DNA of 64,000 nt, taken from IMG/VR virus record IMGVR_UViG_3300027659_000019; one strand, given 5' to 3'. The position numbers were made by a program, and so were the translations under genes. This DNA comes from an uncultured virus (IMG/VR IMGVR_UViG_3300027659_000019). Taxonomy: Duplodnaviria; Heunggongvirae; Uroviricota; Caudoviricetes. The notes under the pieces are model-generated. The model saw only the letters and a program-made list of their open reading frames with translations, was not told the DNA's origin and did not search any database. Numbering within the stretch: position 1 is the stretch's first letter; every line of letters starts with the position of its first letter. Shown piece by piece: positions 28,679 through 38,452 of this stretch.

Positions 28679-29353
28679 ATGGGTAACTACGGCGTGTCAA
28701 GTGTAGGGTCTTCTACCTCAACCTCAAGTTTTATTGCTGTTCCAGATGAAATCTATGGCTCTGGAAAAGATGGCAATGTAACTATTAGCACAAACACCAC
28801 ACTCACTCGTGACATGTATTATAGCAATTTAACTATTGCAGATGGAATCCATCTCAATACTGCGGGATACCGTGTGTTTGTTCGTAACTCTTTATCTTTT
28901 TCTACTGCTGTTGGTAACAAAGCAACCACAAGTATTGGGTTAAAGAATGGATCATCTGCAGTAGGAACAGTCTCTAGCGGAGGACTTGCTTCCGTTACCA
29001 CAAGTCTGGGAGGAGCCAGCGCTTCATACACAGCGACTGCACCCTCTCCTGCAGAGTACTTCTCATTAGCACGTCATGCAGTTGCTGGATACATCCTTTC
29101 TGCCTCTCAAACAACTCCTCTCTTTTTACGTGGCGGTGCTGGTAATAACACTAACTATGGTGGTGGAGTTGTAGTTGTCTGTGCTCGCAAGGTATCGGGT
29201 TATGGTACGATTTATGCAACGGGCTACACTGGTGGTTCGTATGTCACAGGTGGCGGAGTTATCGTGTATGTCTCACAGGCTACACGAACAAATGCTGTTG
29301 ATTTAGATGTTTCTGGGTATGCTTCTGGAACCGCAAAGGAATTCGTCGTATAG
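28679..29353 (+). CDS. Paralog of the N-terminal domain of 27072..28664
   Basis: Both share YGxGxDGNVT..NTTLTRDMYYxNLTI..G..L..AGYRxFV. Confidence 0.75.
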   Translation: MGNYGVSSVGSSTSTSSFIAVPDEIYGSGKDGNVTISTNTTLTRDMYYSNLTIADGIHLNTAGYRVFVRNSLSFSTAVGNKATTSIGLKNGSSAVGTVSSGGLASVTTSLGGASASYTATAPSPAEYFSLARHAVAGYILSASQTTPLFLRGGAGNNTNYGGGVVVVCARKVSGYGTIYATGYTGGSYVTGGGVIVYVSQATRTNAVDLDVSGYASGTAKEFVV

Positions 29354-29362
29354 GAGATAGTA

Positions 29363-30595
29363 ATGGCTTATCATGTGATGAAAAATGCTGATAGAGTAAT
29401 CTTAAATGAACTAGAAAATGAGTATCGTTACAAATCACTTTTTGATACAAAGTCTGAAGATCGTGATTCTAAAACAATTTTTATTGCTATACCTTGTTAT
29501 AGAGACGAAGAACTTGTAGCAACTATTGATAGCGTGTATTTAAACGCTAAAAATCCTGAGCGTGTTTTTATCGGCGTTGGTCTTGTTTACAAAAAAGAAG
29601 ATGTAGATTATTGGACTGCTATCCAAAAGAAGTACAAAAACGTAAAGATTCTTGCTAAAGAAGCGCTACCAAAAAATGTAGGGCTTGGAAATCAGCGTGC
29701 AGACGCACTGCTTATGTTTAACAACGAAGATTACTTTTTACAAATTGATGCTCATATGCGTTTTGACATGCATTGGGATGATTTACTTATTCACCATTAT
29801 CAAAACCTCGTTGCTTTAGGAGAGCCAAAGCCTCTTATAACAGGTTATCCACGAGCCTATGCTCCAGATATTTTTCCTAGTGTTGATGGCGCTTACCCTT
29901 ACTACAACCCGATGTCTAAAGAAGTTTACTTTAGACAGCGTAGGGGGCATAACAATGTCCCTTGTTTTCGTATAGGTTTAGGTCCTGCACAATTTTTTAA
30001 AGAGATAGGTTTTCCACGACACGGAGATCGTCACTTTACTTTATTTGAGACTATTGCTTTTGCATGTGCGGTATCTCCTGCACAAATTTTTACAGCAGGG
30101 TCTTTTGTTAGTGAAGTGCCTGCAAATCGTGACATTAGGTTCCTTGAAGAAGAGCAGTACTATTCAATTTTGGCTTATATGAAAGGGTACAACTTCTATG
30201 TTCCTCGTGTAACGGGTGTTATGCATTACTACAGTGAGGCAAATAAACAAGTTCTTATACAAAGTAGAAACCACCCAATTGACGACTTTCCTGAAACGTA
30301 TGCAACTCACGGTTATAGAAACAAAGAAAAAGGTAGTTTAAAGATTTTTGAGGAGTTAAAAAAGTTAAAGAAAACACCAAGATCATTTACTGACTACGAA
30401 CAGTTTGCTGGTGTTGACTACGACAATAGGCAATTACTTGCACCTGTAGACAAAATGCTGCACAATAAGATTACTGAGGCTATAAATTTTTCAACTGAAA
30501 TTTATACGTATTCAATTAACGACTATATTGATTGGATGTACGATGCGGATTATGACTGGTTTGAAGATGTTAAACAAAACGAAGGAAGAAACTAA
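29363..30595 (+). CDS. GT60-like glycosyltransferase (Skp1-hydroxyproline GlcNAc-transferase family)
   Basis: TIFIAIPCYRDEEL..TI...AKNPERVFIG; EDYFLQIDAHMRF..HWD; ITGYP; F.EEE...HYY. Confidence 0.8.
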   Translation: MAYHVMKNADRVILNELENEYRYKSLFDTKSEDRDSKTIFIAIPCYRDEELVATIDSVYLNAKNPERVFIGVGLVYKKEDVDYWTAIQKKYKNVKILAKEALPKNVGLGNQRADALLMFNNEDYFLQIDAHMRFDMHWDDLLIHHYQNLVALGEPKPLITGYPRAYAPDIFPSVDGAYPYYNPMSKEVYFRQRRGHNNVPCFRIGLGPAQFFKEIGFPRHGDRHFTLFETIAFACAVSPAQIFTAGSFVSEVPANRDIRFLEEEQYYSILAYMKGYNFYVPRVTGVMHYYSEANKQVLIQSRNHPIDDFPETYATHGYRNKEKGSLKIFEELKKLKKTPRSFTDYEQFAGVDYDNRQLLAPVDKMLHNKITEAINFSTEIYTYSINDYIDWMYDADYDWFEDVKQNEGRN

Positions 30596-31289
30596 TCAAG
30601 TCATACAGTTTATCTGTGAGGAAAAAGACTTAGATTATTTTCCACAACCATCACCCGCCAGTAAACACATACCTGATTGGTACAAAAAACTACCGACACA
30701 CGTAAACAATCAAAGAATCTACCAAGAGAGTGGAGCCAATCAAACTGTAAAAAAATGCATGCCTGTATTTGATGCTATGACAGCGGGGTACATTATTACT
30801 CTACCTTGTGATGTATTTGTGTCTCGTGATGCTCAGGGGGCTCCTTCATTTACTTGGCCAATTCAAACTAAAATGGTCACATCTCATACTCACGAACAGG
30901 CTTCGACCCTCAATATCCCTAAAGGATATGGGCCAGAGTTTCTTAAGTGGTTTAACCCATGGATTGTAAAAGTTCCAGATGGTTGGAGCGTTCTATTTAC
31001 ACAGCCAATGCATAGAGATGATTTGCCTTTTTCTATTCTTCCTGGGATTGTAGACGCCGATCACTTTAAATTGTCTGTACAGTTTCCTTTTTTACTTCAA
31101 GCAGGATTTGAAGGCGTTATCCCTGCGGGAACTCCTGTGGCTCAGATCATCCCATTTAAGCGGGCTGAGTGGACGGCAGAGTACTCTTCTCTTGAATCAG
31201 GACAAAAAACAAAAAACTTAGAGGCTCACTCTGTTTTATTTGAAAATCGATACAAGAAAACTTTTTGGAATAAGAAGGTGTTTAAATGA
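30567..31289 (+). CDS. Hypothetical protein (DUF6065/dUTPase-fold-like)
   Basis: PDWYK...TVKKCMPVFDAMTAGY...LPGIVDAD...GTPVAQIIPFKR; start uncertain (30528-30567). Confidence 0.65.
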   Translation: MLNKTKEETNQVIQFICEEKDLDYFPQPSPASKHIPDWYKKLPTHVNNQRIYQESGANQTVKKCMPVFDAMTAGYIITLPCDVFVSRDAQGAPSFTWPIQTKMVTSHTHEQASTLNIPKGYGPEFLKWFNPWIVKVPDGWSVLFTQPMHRDDLPFSILPGIVDADHFKLSVQFPFLLQAGFEGVIPAGTPVAQIIPFKRAEWTAEYSSLESGQKTKNLEAHSVLFENRYKKTFWNKKVFK

Positions 31290-32002
31290 AATTTACAATT
31301 AACATAGACTCTCCCAGCCATGACCTGGGACCAGAGCACCACATAAACGAGTATAAACCAACTCCAGCAGAAGAACATCTTCCTGAATGGTTTAAAGGGT
31401 TAACGACTAACGACACAATGAAGACCGCTAAAACTTGTCGTGGTTTATATGACATTATGACTTCTGGCTATATGGTTGTTTGGCCTTTTGATGTAACAAT
31501 CACTAGAGATGAGAACAACAAACTCTTTGTTAAAAGAACACGAGACGATAACCGAGAGGGGTTATTTAGTTCTCATCCTCAAGTGCAACTAGGTATGTAC
31601 CCAGACGCAGCCGTTTCTATGCAGAAGTTTGGTGTAGAAAAAGTTGTTCTTCCTTACAAAGTAAAGACCTCAAAAAATACAAGCATCATGATGATCCAGC
31701 CTCCGTACAGGCCTGACCTAAAGACAGAGGTTATGCCAGGAATAATTGACACAGACAAGTTCTACACACCTTTAAATGTGCTGTTTACAATTAAGCCTTT
31801 TGAGTACACCAGAGAGGTAAAGATTGCTGCGGGAACTCCTTTAGCACAAATCATTCCTTTTGTTAGAAGTGCTTGGGAAATAGGGTACAATAAGATAGAC
31901 TCAAAGTTAGATCAGATTACCCAAGAAAACATACAAAGCATAGATAGGTATTACCAAAAAAAACTTTGGACTAGAAAACTATTTAAACGAAAGGTACAGT
32001 AA
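31286..32002 (+). CDS. Paralog of the preceding gene
   Basis: PEWFK...TAKTC..LYDIMTSGY...MPGIIDTD...GTPLAQIIPF. Confidence 0.65.
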   Translation: MKFTINIDSPSHDLGPEHHINEYKPTPAEEHLPEWFKGLTTNDTMKTAKTCRGLYDIMTSGYMVVWPFDVTITRDENNKLFVKRTRDDNREGLFSSHPQVQLGMYPDAAVSMQKFGVEKVVLPYKVKTSKNTSIMMIQPPYRPDLKTEVMPGIIDTDKFYTPLNVLFTIKPFEYTREVKIAAGTPLAQIIPFVRSAWEIGYNKIDSKLDQITQENIQSIDRYYQKKLWTRKLFKRKVQ

Positions 32003-32608
32003 ATGGAGCATACGGAACTTGGTATTGGAGTATATCAATACGATTTGCCAGAAATTTTAGCCAAAAACATTGTAGACATGTGCCGACAAAGTACTGAATT
32101 ACCGTGGAAAAAAAGCGACGTAGGTCACGGAGAGCACCCTGAGCAAGAAATTCGTACCAGTAGAGGGTTACGTTTTCCAGAGGTATTTCCTTTTTGGGAT
32201 GATGAGATTCGAAAACACACCACACCTGCAATTAACCATTACTCAAGCAAAAACGAAATCTCTATAACACAAGATGAAGGTTTTAACATGCTTCGTTATG
32301 GGATAACTCAGAAGTATGATTACCATGTAGATACTAACTGGGACATCTACAGAACAGCCTCTATTCTTGTTTACTTAAACCCACATGAGTACGAGGGTGG
32401 CGGAACACATTTTAGGAATTTTGACTTGTTGGTAAAACCAACAAAACCTGCGATTGTTATATTTCCAGCAAACTATGCGTACATACATTCTGCAACTCCT
32501 GTGACAGAGGGAGAAAAGTTTGTTCTTGTAAGTTGGATGAACGATCTTCCTAGCGGTGTTCGACCAGAGGCATTGCACCAAATTGCAAAGATTATGGGAA
32601 AAATTTAA
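32003..32608 (+). CDS. 2OG-Fe(II) oxygenase, prolyl-4-hydroxylase-like
   Basis: LRY...YDYHVD (HxD), SILVYLN..YEGGGTHF, IFP...H...PVTEGEKF. Confidence 0.88.
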   Translation: MEHTELGIGVYQYDLPEILAKNIVDMCRQSTELPWKKSDVGHGEHPEQEIRTSRGLRFPEVFPFWDDEIRKHTTPAINHYSSKNEISITQDEGFNMLRYGITQKYDYHVDTNWDIYRTASILVYLNPHEYEGGGTHFRNFDLLVKPTKPAIVIFPANYAYIHSATPVTEGEKFVLVSWMNDLPSGVRPEALHQIAKIMGKI

Positions 32609-32609
32609 C

Positions 32610-33077
32610 CTATAAAGCAGGTTGGTTTTTGTACTTACCCTCCATAGTTTTACAAAACTCAGGTGTTCCAACCCAAGACTGATGACCATCTATGTTCCAA
32701 GAAAGATTTACTTGGTGAGTTTGTGCGTATTCAATTCCCCAAGTTAAAACTTTTGTGTCTAAAGGTTTTCCTGCTTCTGTTAAGAGTACGTAAAAAATTC
32801 CTTCTACTACTTGTCTAGTAAACAATGCTTGTGAATTGGCGGGGCTTAACCACTCATCAAAATATGGGTTACGACGCCATTCACATTCAAATGTAACGCA
32901 AGGCTCTAGTGGACGGTTTTTATAGTCATTGCATCCAACGTCTTTAATAACAAAAGGACAGGGGTTACCTAAAGACACATTATGCCCTTTGATATTTGTT
33001 GAAAGGTAACCTTCACAGCACTTTGTGCACCCTGAACAAGACTTAGTATTTAAAATAGCCAATAAGTCACGTGTCAT
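32610..33077 (-). CDS. YkgJ-like Cys-cluster (Zn/Fe-S) protein
   Basis: CSGCTKCC...CPF...GC..YKNRP..PC..FEC; TAAGAT 6 nt upstream of the ATG. Confidence 0.75.
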   Translation of the reverse strand: MTRDLLAILNTKSCSGCTKCCEGYLSTNIKGHNVSLGNPCPFVIKDVGCNDYKNRPLEPCVTFECEWRRNPYFDEWLSPANSQALFTRQVVEGIFYVLLTEAGKPLDTKVLTWGIEYAQTHQVNLSWNIDGHQSWVGTPEFCKTMEGKYKNQPAL

Positions 33078-33130
33078 AAAAACATCTTACACTAGGCTGT
33101 AGATTATTAAAAGTTTGTTAGGCTAATGGT

Positions 33131-33970
33131 ATGCCTAATATTCTTGTTACTGGAGGCCTCGGTTACATTGGGAGATCTACTGTAGCCCTGCTAGAAAGCC
33201 AGGGGTTTACCTGTGTCATTGTTGACCAGGTGTCTGGGAATGACACTAAGGATCTCTTAGCCATGTCAAAGACCTACGCTAAGTATCGTCCTGTGGCAGT
33301 GGTTCACCTGTCTGCTAAGAAGAGTATCGGTGAATCCCTAAAGCACCCTGTCTCTTACTACTACAACAATGTCCTTTCTACCTTGGTTGTGGCTTTCTTA
33401 TCGTGGGCATTTAAAACGCCCATTGTGTTTTCTTCTTCAGCATCTGTTTATGAGCCAACTAACCCATACGCTAAAGCCAAGAAGATAGAAGAACAGATTA
33501 TTAAAAGAGTTCCCAAGAACGTTATCCTTCGATACTTCAACATCGGAGGGCAATCCAATGGCTCTATTGACTTGAGATCAGTAAACATCTTTGGAGTTAT
33601 CAACCGAGCCGTTACAGGGAAGAAGACTTTCACTGTTAATGACCCTACCTCTACCCGTGACTACACGCATGTAGAAGACATTGCTAAGGCAAATCTTTGT
33701 GCGGTTTCATACCTGCTCAAGGGTGGGACTTCAATCCTTACAGATGTCTACAGTGGAACACAGCATACTGTTCCGCAAATACTTGAGCAGTACGCTGCTA
33801 ACGGTGTAGACGTTCTGGTACTGTATGGAGACACAAAAGACACTACCGTTTACCCCACTGTAAAAGAAGTAAGCACAATAGGATGGGTTCCCATTCAACC
33901 GTTTAATAACATTGTCCAATCTGAAGTAGAAGGTTTAAAACATGAACTTGGTGCAAAAGGTAACTTCTAG
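33131..33970 (+). CDS. galE: NAD-dependent epimerase, UDP-glucose 4-epimerase-like
   Basis: ILVTGGLGYIG, VFSSSASVY, YAKAK (YxxxK), LRYFN, RDYTHVEDIA. Confidence 0.85.
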   Translation: MPNILVTGGLGYIGRSTVALLESQGFTCVIVDQVSGNDTKDLLAMSKTYAKYRPVAVVHLSAKKSIGESLKHPVSYYYNNVLSTLVVAFLSWAFKTPIVFSSSASVYEPTNPYAKAKKIEEQIIKRVPKNVILRYFNIGGQSNGSIDLRSVNIFGVINRAVTGKKTFTVNDPTSTRDYTHVEDIAKANLCAVSYLLKGGTSILTDVYSGTQHTVPQILEQYAANGVDVLVLYGDTKDTTVYPTVKEVSTIGWVPIQPFNNIVQSEVEGLKHELGAKGNF

Positions 33971-34946
33971 AGGCGGAAAACTAAAGCCCTTAATAATCCC
34001 TTCTTCAATAACTAATGGGACAGGCTTGATGAACCCCTCATTGTTTCTAGATGATGATGGAGACATCCTCTGCATACTGCGTCACATTAACTACACCCTT
34101 TATCACGCTGAAAATAATCAACGTTTTCCTAGTATCTGGGGACCCCTGTCGTATCTTCATCCTGAACAAGACCAGCGGTTAGTAACACAAAACTTTTTAT
34201 GCCGCCTTGACTCTGACCTCAACATTGTTAACCACACATTGATAGACACTACAACTTTAGATGTAACACCTATTTGGACTTTTGTAGGAGAAGAAGATGC
34301 GCGTCTTGTTAAGTGGTATGGCAAGTACTACGCCACAGGAGTTCGTCGTGATACCACAACAAATGGTGTTGGTCGTATGGAACTGTCTCAGTTAGAGATT
34401 GACAAAGATGCATGGACTGCAAAAGAAGTTTCTCGTGTGCGTATAGATCCTCCAATAAACAAAGACTCTTACTGCGAGAAAAACTGGATGCCTGTTTTAG
34501 ACCGACCATTTCAGTATGTTAAGTGGACCGCTCCCACAGAACTTGTAAAAGCAGATCCTGTAAATGGTAACAGCCTTCAACTTTCTGTCATACAGGGAGA
34601 GAAAGCCGATGAAGACCAACGTGGTGGATCACAGGTAATACGATGGGGATTACACTACATTGCAATCACTCATGAAGTTGTTCTCTTCAAGAACTATCTA
34701 GGACAAAAGGACGGAACTTATCGTCATCGACTATGTGTATGGGATGACAACTTTAAGTTAGTTGGAATCTCACCGACTAACTGGTCTTTCCTAGATGGAC
34801 AGATTGAATTTTGTGCTGGAGCGGCAGTTGTAAATGACAACTTAATTCTTGGGTTTGGGTTCCAAGACAATGCAGCCTTTGCATTAGAGGTTCCAAAAGA
34901 AATTGTAGATGAACTTATCCAGGAAGCGATGGGCACTAATGTTTGA
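33942..34946 (+). CDS. Beta-propeller glycoside hydrolase-like protein (GH130/GH43-like clan)
   Basis: MNPSL, GEEDARL, EKNWMP, RGGS, IEFCAG. Confidence 0.65.
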   Translation: MNLVQKVTSRGGKLKPLIIPSSITNGTGLMNPSLFLDDDGDILCILRHINYTLYHAENNQRFPSIWGPLSYLHPEQDQRLVTQNFLCRLDSDLNIVNHTLIDTTTLDVTPIWTFVGEEDARLVKWYGKYYATGVRRDTTTNGVGRMELSQLEIDKDAWTAKEVSRVRIDPPINKDSYCEKNWMPVLDRPFQYVKWTAPTELVKADPVNGNSLQLSVIQGEKADEDQRGGSQVIRWGLHYIAITHEVVLFKNYLGQKDGTYRHRLCVWDDNFKLVGISPTNWSFLDGQIEFCAGAAVVNDNLILGFGFQDNAAFALEVPKEIVDELIQEAMGTNV

Positions 34947-35502
34947 GACAATCAATACCTTGATCGTGGATATCTCTAAAGATCCTTTTAATCCCGTACT
35001 AAGTTTGGAAATTGCTAAAGCATATGAAGCAGAGGGGCAAACCGCATCGGCAGTCTCGTTCTACCTTAGAGCAGCGGAGTACGGATACACCACTCATCCT
35101 GACTACGTGTACTCATCTCTTCTAAAGTCATCTACTTGTTTTTCAAGTCAAAAAAATCGTGAAGCCACCGTATTGAATTTGATTTTAAAAGCAATTGCTT
35201 ACATGCCTAATCGACCAGAAGGCTGGTTCTTCTTGTCTAGGTATTACGAAGGCTCGAAGAAATGGCAAGAATCTTATGCTGCGGCTGAAGTTGGACTGTT
35301 CTTTTCCAAGAGCCGTATTAACCCTCTTCCTGTAGATATTGGTTATTTGGGTGAATACGTCCTTCTATTTGAAAAGGCTGTAAGCGGCTGGTGGGTAGGG
35401 CGGCAAGATGAGGCACGAGATATCTTTAAAGACTTGTTAACTAAGGATATTGCCCCCCTGTACAAAGCGTCAGTAATCAATAACTTAGAAAAGATAGGTT
35501 AA
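34939..35502 (+). CDS. TPR-like protein
   Basis: AVSFYLRAAE...KAIAYMPNRPEGWFFLSRYYE helical repeats. Confidence 0.7.
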   Translation: MFETINTLIVDISKDPFNPVLSLEIAKAYEAEGQTASAVSFYLRAAEYGYTTHPDYVYSSLLKSSTCFSSQKNREATVLNLILKAIAYMPNRPEGWFFLSRYYEGSKKWQESYAAAEVGLFFSKSRINPLPVDIGYLGEYVLLFEKAVSGWWVGRQDEARDIFKDLLTKDIAPLYKASVINNLEKIG

Positions 35503-35567
35503 AAGGGTTTACCGATACAAAGCCCTTATATGAAGGGATAATTTAAAAATTACCATTAAGGAGTCTC

Positions 35568-35900
35568 ATGGCAACTGCATATAAAGTTTTGGGTCAAGCA
35601 TTAGCAACAGCAGCAAGTGCATACAGCACCCTGTACACCACTACGGCTGTTAGTGCTGTAGTTTCAACTCTTGTTGTTTCAAACCAGGGCACAACCCCTG
35701 CTACTTACAGTATTGCAATTGCTGGTTCAGAAACAAGCCCAACAGTGCCTGACGCAACTCTTCTGGCAGCAAGTGTTTTAATCCAGCCTAATACAACAAC
35801 AACATACACTTTGGGCCTGACTCTTCAAGCAAGCAAGTTTATCCGTGTCTCTGCGTCATCTACCTCAGTAGGATTTCAGGCTTACGGAAGCGAGCAGTAA
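35568..35900 (+). CDS. Small virion structural protein
   Basis: MATAYKVLGQ...LYT...FQAYGSE; AAGGAG RBS. Confidence 0.75.
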   Translation: MATAYKVLGQALATAASAYSTLYTTTAVSAVVSTLVVSNQGTTPATYSIAIAGSETSPTVPDATLLAASVLIQPNTTTTYTLGLTLQASKFIRVSASSTSVGFQAYGSEQ

Positions 35901-35903
35901 CAG

Positions 35904-36269
35904 ATGGCGATTCGTACCAACGGCGATACTGGGTACGTAGGAATCCCGCCACTTAACGTACCTGCTGCACCTACTTTTTCCAGCAATAATTACACTGCTG
36001 TTCTTGCCGATGTAGACAAGTTTCTTCGTCTTAGCAATGGAAGCACTGCGGGAACTTTTACTATTCCCCTTAATGCCACTGTGCCATTTCCGATTGGTTC
36101 ACAACTAAACGTCACCCAATCAGGGTCAGGGCAGATTACTTTTACCCCAACTGCAGGAGTTACTGTCAATACTTCTTCAGGATTAAAACTTCGTACAACC
36201 TGGTCATCAGCAACGCTTGTAAAACTTGACACCGACGTATGGGTGGCTTTTGGCGATTTGAGCGCTTAA
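35904..36269 (+). CDS. Fibre-associated structural protein
   Basis: TIP..A.V.FPIG...Q.GSGQ.TF...GVT...W...GDL; paralog of 52881..53270. Confidence 0.75.
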   Translation: MAIRTNGDTGYVGIPPLNVPAAPTFSSNNYTAVLADVDKFLRLSNGSTAGTFTIPLNATVPFPIGSQLNVTQSGSGQITFTPTAGVTVNTSSGLKLRTTWSSATLVKLDTDVWVAFGDLSA

Positions 36270-36270
36270 C

Positions 36271-37284
36271 ATGAGGATACTGGGCATTATTGCATCTGGT
36301 GTTCTCAAGAAGATTACCGATACTTTCACTCGCACGGTTTCTGGATCATTGGGAACTGCCAATACAGGGCAAGTGTGGACTGCTCTTCGTGGAACATGGT
36401 TTGCTAATGGGTCTGCAGCGCAAAGCAACAACACTGCAACCGATTACGCTATTGCTTCTATTTCTTTAAATGAAAGTGTCACTATTGATGTTGATACTAC
36501 TGGAGGCTGTGGACCATCGTTTTGGATTACAGACTCTGGGTCTTGGTGGGGAGCGTTTCCTCACTATTCGTCTTCTAGCAGTACCGATTGCACTGGTGCT
36601 ACAGCATATTGTTACTCAGCAGGTTGTACTCCTGCTAATAGTTGTGGAGCAATTTCAGAATCAACTGGATCAAGTTGTACAGGTCCCACGGTTTCTTGTT
36701 CAGACACCACAAACACATGCAGCCCTGGAGGTTGCGGAACAGTAAGTGTGTCTTCTATAGTTTACTCTAGTTTTTATGCAGAAAACGACACGCCTTGTTC
36801 AGATTTAACTAACGCCACAAGCGTTGCTTGTTCTTTCTGCGGTACTCTAGGAACACCTGGTAGTTGCTCCTCAACACCAGGACGTTATTGTTGTTTTTTT
36901 GCAGGATATACTGAATACACACGTACTCAAAATACAACTGTGACAACTTACACACGTTCTTCTGCTACTAATGAAACAACAACCACCTATACCTCTGCTG
37001 CTCGTATTATTAGTTCTGTATCAGGAACTGTGTCGACAAATTCAACAACTACATTGGCTACCAGTACAAGTAGTTACCCCAATATCGCCTCTATGCAGGT
37101 CAATACAAGTGGTACAACTATTACCGTTAAAGGGTACTCAAATGCTGGGCAAACAACGCAATTAGGAAGCACCATAACAAGCACACCTGCTTCACCAGTA
37201 AGGGGTACAAGTATTGGTATTATTAAGGCTCCGACAACTGGTAATCAAGGATCAACCCTTGATAACTTCAACGCTACAACATAG
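36271..37284 (+). CDS. Cys/Thr/Ser-rich putative receptor-binding protein
   Basis: DTFTR..SGSLG N-terminus with a Cys-rich central insertion. Confidence 0.7.
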   Translation: MRILGIIASGVLKKITDTFTRTVSGSLGTANTGQVWTALRGTWFANGSAAQSNNTATDYAIASISLNESVTIDVDTTGGCGPSFWITDSGSWWGAFPHYSSSSSTDCTGATAYCYSAGCTPANSCGAISESTGSSCTGPTVSCSDTTNTCSPGGCGTVSVSSIVYSSFYAENDTPCSDLTNATSVACSFCGTLGTPGSCSSTPGRYCCFFAGYTEYTRTQNTTVTTYTRSSATNETTTTYTSAARIISSVSGTVSTNSTTTLATSTSSYPNIASMQVNTSGTTITVKGYSNAGQTTQLGSTITSTPASPVRGTSIGIIKAPTTGNQGSTLDNFNATT

Positions 37285-37292
37285 GAGAACCA

Positions 37293-37541
37293 ATGTCTAG
37301 TCCATATGATAGGCCAGCCCGTCCTTGGGATTTTTTTAACAAAAATTTAGGAAGAGTTGAAACAGAAGTAGCAGAAGAAAGAATGAGTGTCTGTAAACAA
37401 TGCCCTGAGTTGATTCAGACAATTAACCAATGTAAAGAATGCGGATGTTTAATGACAGCCAAAACAAAACTACCTAACGCCTCTTGTCCACTCGGCAAAT
37501 GGGGCATCGTGAAAGTCTCATATAAGGAGGAAACAAAATGA
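37293..37541 (+). CDS. Small Cys-cluster protein (DUF6171-like)
   Basis: RMSVCKQC...QCKECGC...KTKL..ASCPLGKW. Confidence 0.75.
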   Translation: MSSPYDRPARPWDFFNKNLGRVETEVAEERMSVCKQCPELIQTINQCKECGCLMTAKTKLPNASCPLGKWGIVKVSYKEETK

Positions 37542-37765
37542 CCCCAACCCCACCACAAGAAATGCCACCTATTAAACTGGCTTTTATTTTGGATGAAAAA
37601 GTAGTTGACATTATCCATACTGATGAACGCTTTGCTGCAATTTGGCTTAGTAATCCTGTAGTAGTGGATGTAACCCCAGAAGAAGGACAAGAGATCCAGG
37701 TGCACCTAAACGATGGCTATGTAGATGGCCAGTTTGTTCACTCAACCGAAGAGTCCGCCCCTTAA
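37538..37765 (+). CDS. Hypothetical protein
   Basis: AAGGAGG RBS; ATGA overlap. Confidence 0.7.
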   Translation: MTPTPPQEMPPIKLAFILDEKVVDIIHTDERFAAIWLSNPVVVDVTPEEGQEIQVHLNDGYVDGQFVHSTEESAP

Positions 37766-37803
37766 TACTTTTTTTCTAGTAACGATAGAGGATAATCCTG
37801 ACC

Positions 37804-38337
37804 ATGCGTGGTAATAAAGTACAAGGACGATTCAAGATCGACTTTGAAACAATGTCTATGGATGAGGGCATCGTTGATGAACTCCGTGACCCTGTAGGCA
37901 CCAAAGTTGCTTGGTGGACTTGGGACCCCAATGCTTTGGCAGCGGACTACGAGACCTTTGTTGACCCAATTTACGATGTCTCCAGTGCAGAAGAAGGCCA
38001 AGGGCGCCGATGGAATGACCCCTTTGATCTGCCAGTCATTATGGCTCAACAACTTCGTTCTACCAACGTCATGAACGAACGTGGTTTTTATGTGACCGAT
38101 ACCTTGCGCCTAGTAATTGCAGTTGATGATTTAAATAGGCTTCTTCCTGATGTGGTCATAAACCCTACCCAGCATATAAAAGACAGAATTATCTTCCGCA
38201 ATTTAGTCTTTGTTCCAACCCGTGTTTTACCTCGTGGACTTTATAAAGAGCGGTATTCTGTAGTCACTATAGACTGTAACCAGGTCAATGCCGAAGAACT
38301 CGTCAACGACCCTCAGTTCCAGGCGTATTCAAACTAG
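37804..38337 (+). CDS. Putative head-closure/neck protein
   Basis: Position before tail genes; KDRIIFR; GATAAT 7 nt upstream of the ATG. Confidence 0.6.
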   Translation: MRGNKVQGRFKIDFETMSMDEGIVDELRDPVGTKVAWWTWDPNALAADYETFVDPIYDVSSAEEGQGRRWNDPFDLPVIMAQQLRSTNVMNERGFYVTDTLRLVIAVDDLNRLLPDVVINPTQHIKDRIIFRNLVFVPTRVLPRGLYKERYSVVTIDCNQVNAEELVNDPQFQAYSN

Positions 38338-38346
38338 GAGACAATT

Positions 38347-38451
38347 GTGGATAATTTTGAAGTTGAGATTGACCCTTCGCTCTTTGAAGACGAAGATGTA
38401 GAATTAGAAGATCTTGATCTTGAAGATCTTTACGACGAGGATGAAGACTAA
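38347..38451 (+). CDS. Extremely acidic peptide, 34 aa
   Basis: MDNFEVEIDPSLFEDEDVELEDLDLEDLYDEDED*; AGGAG RBS before the GTG. Confidence 0.65.
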   Translation: MDNFEVEIDPSLFEDEDVELEDLDLEDLYDEDED

Positions 38452-38452
38452 C

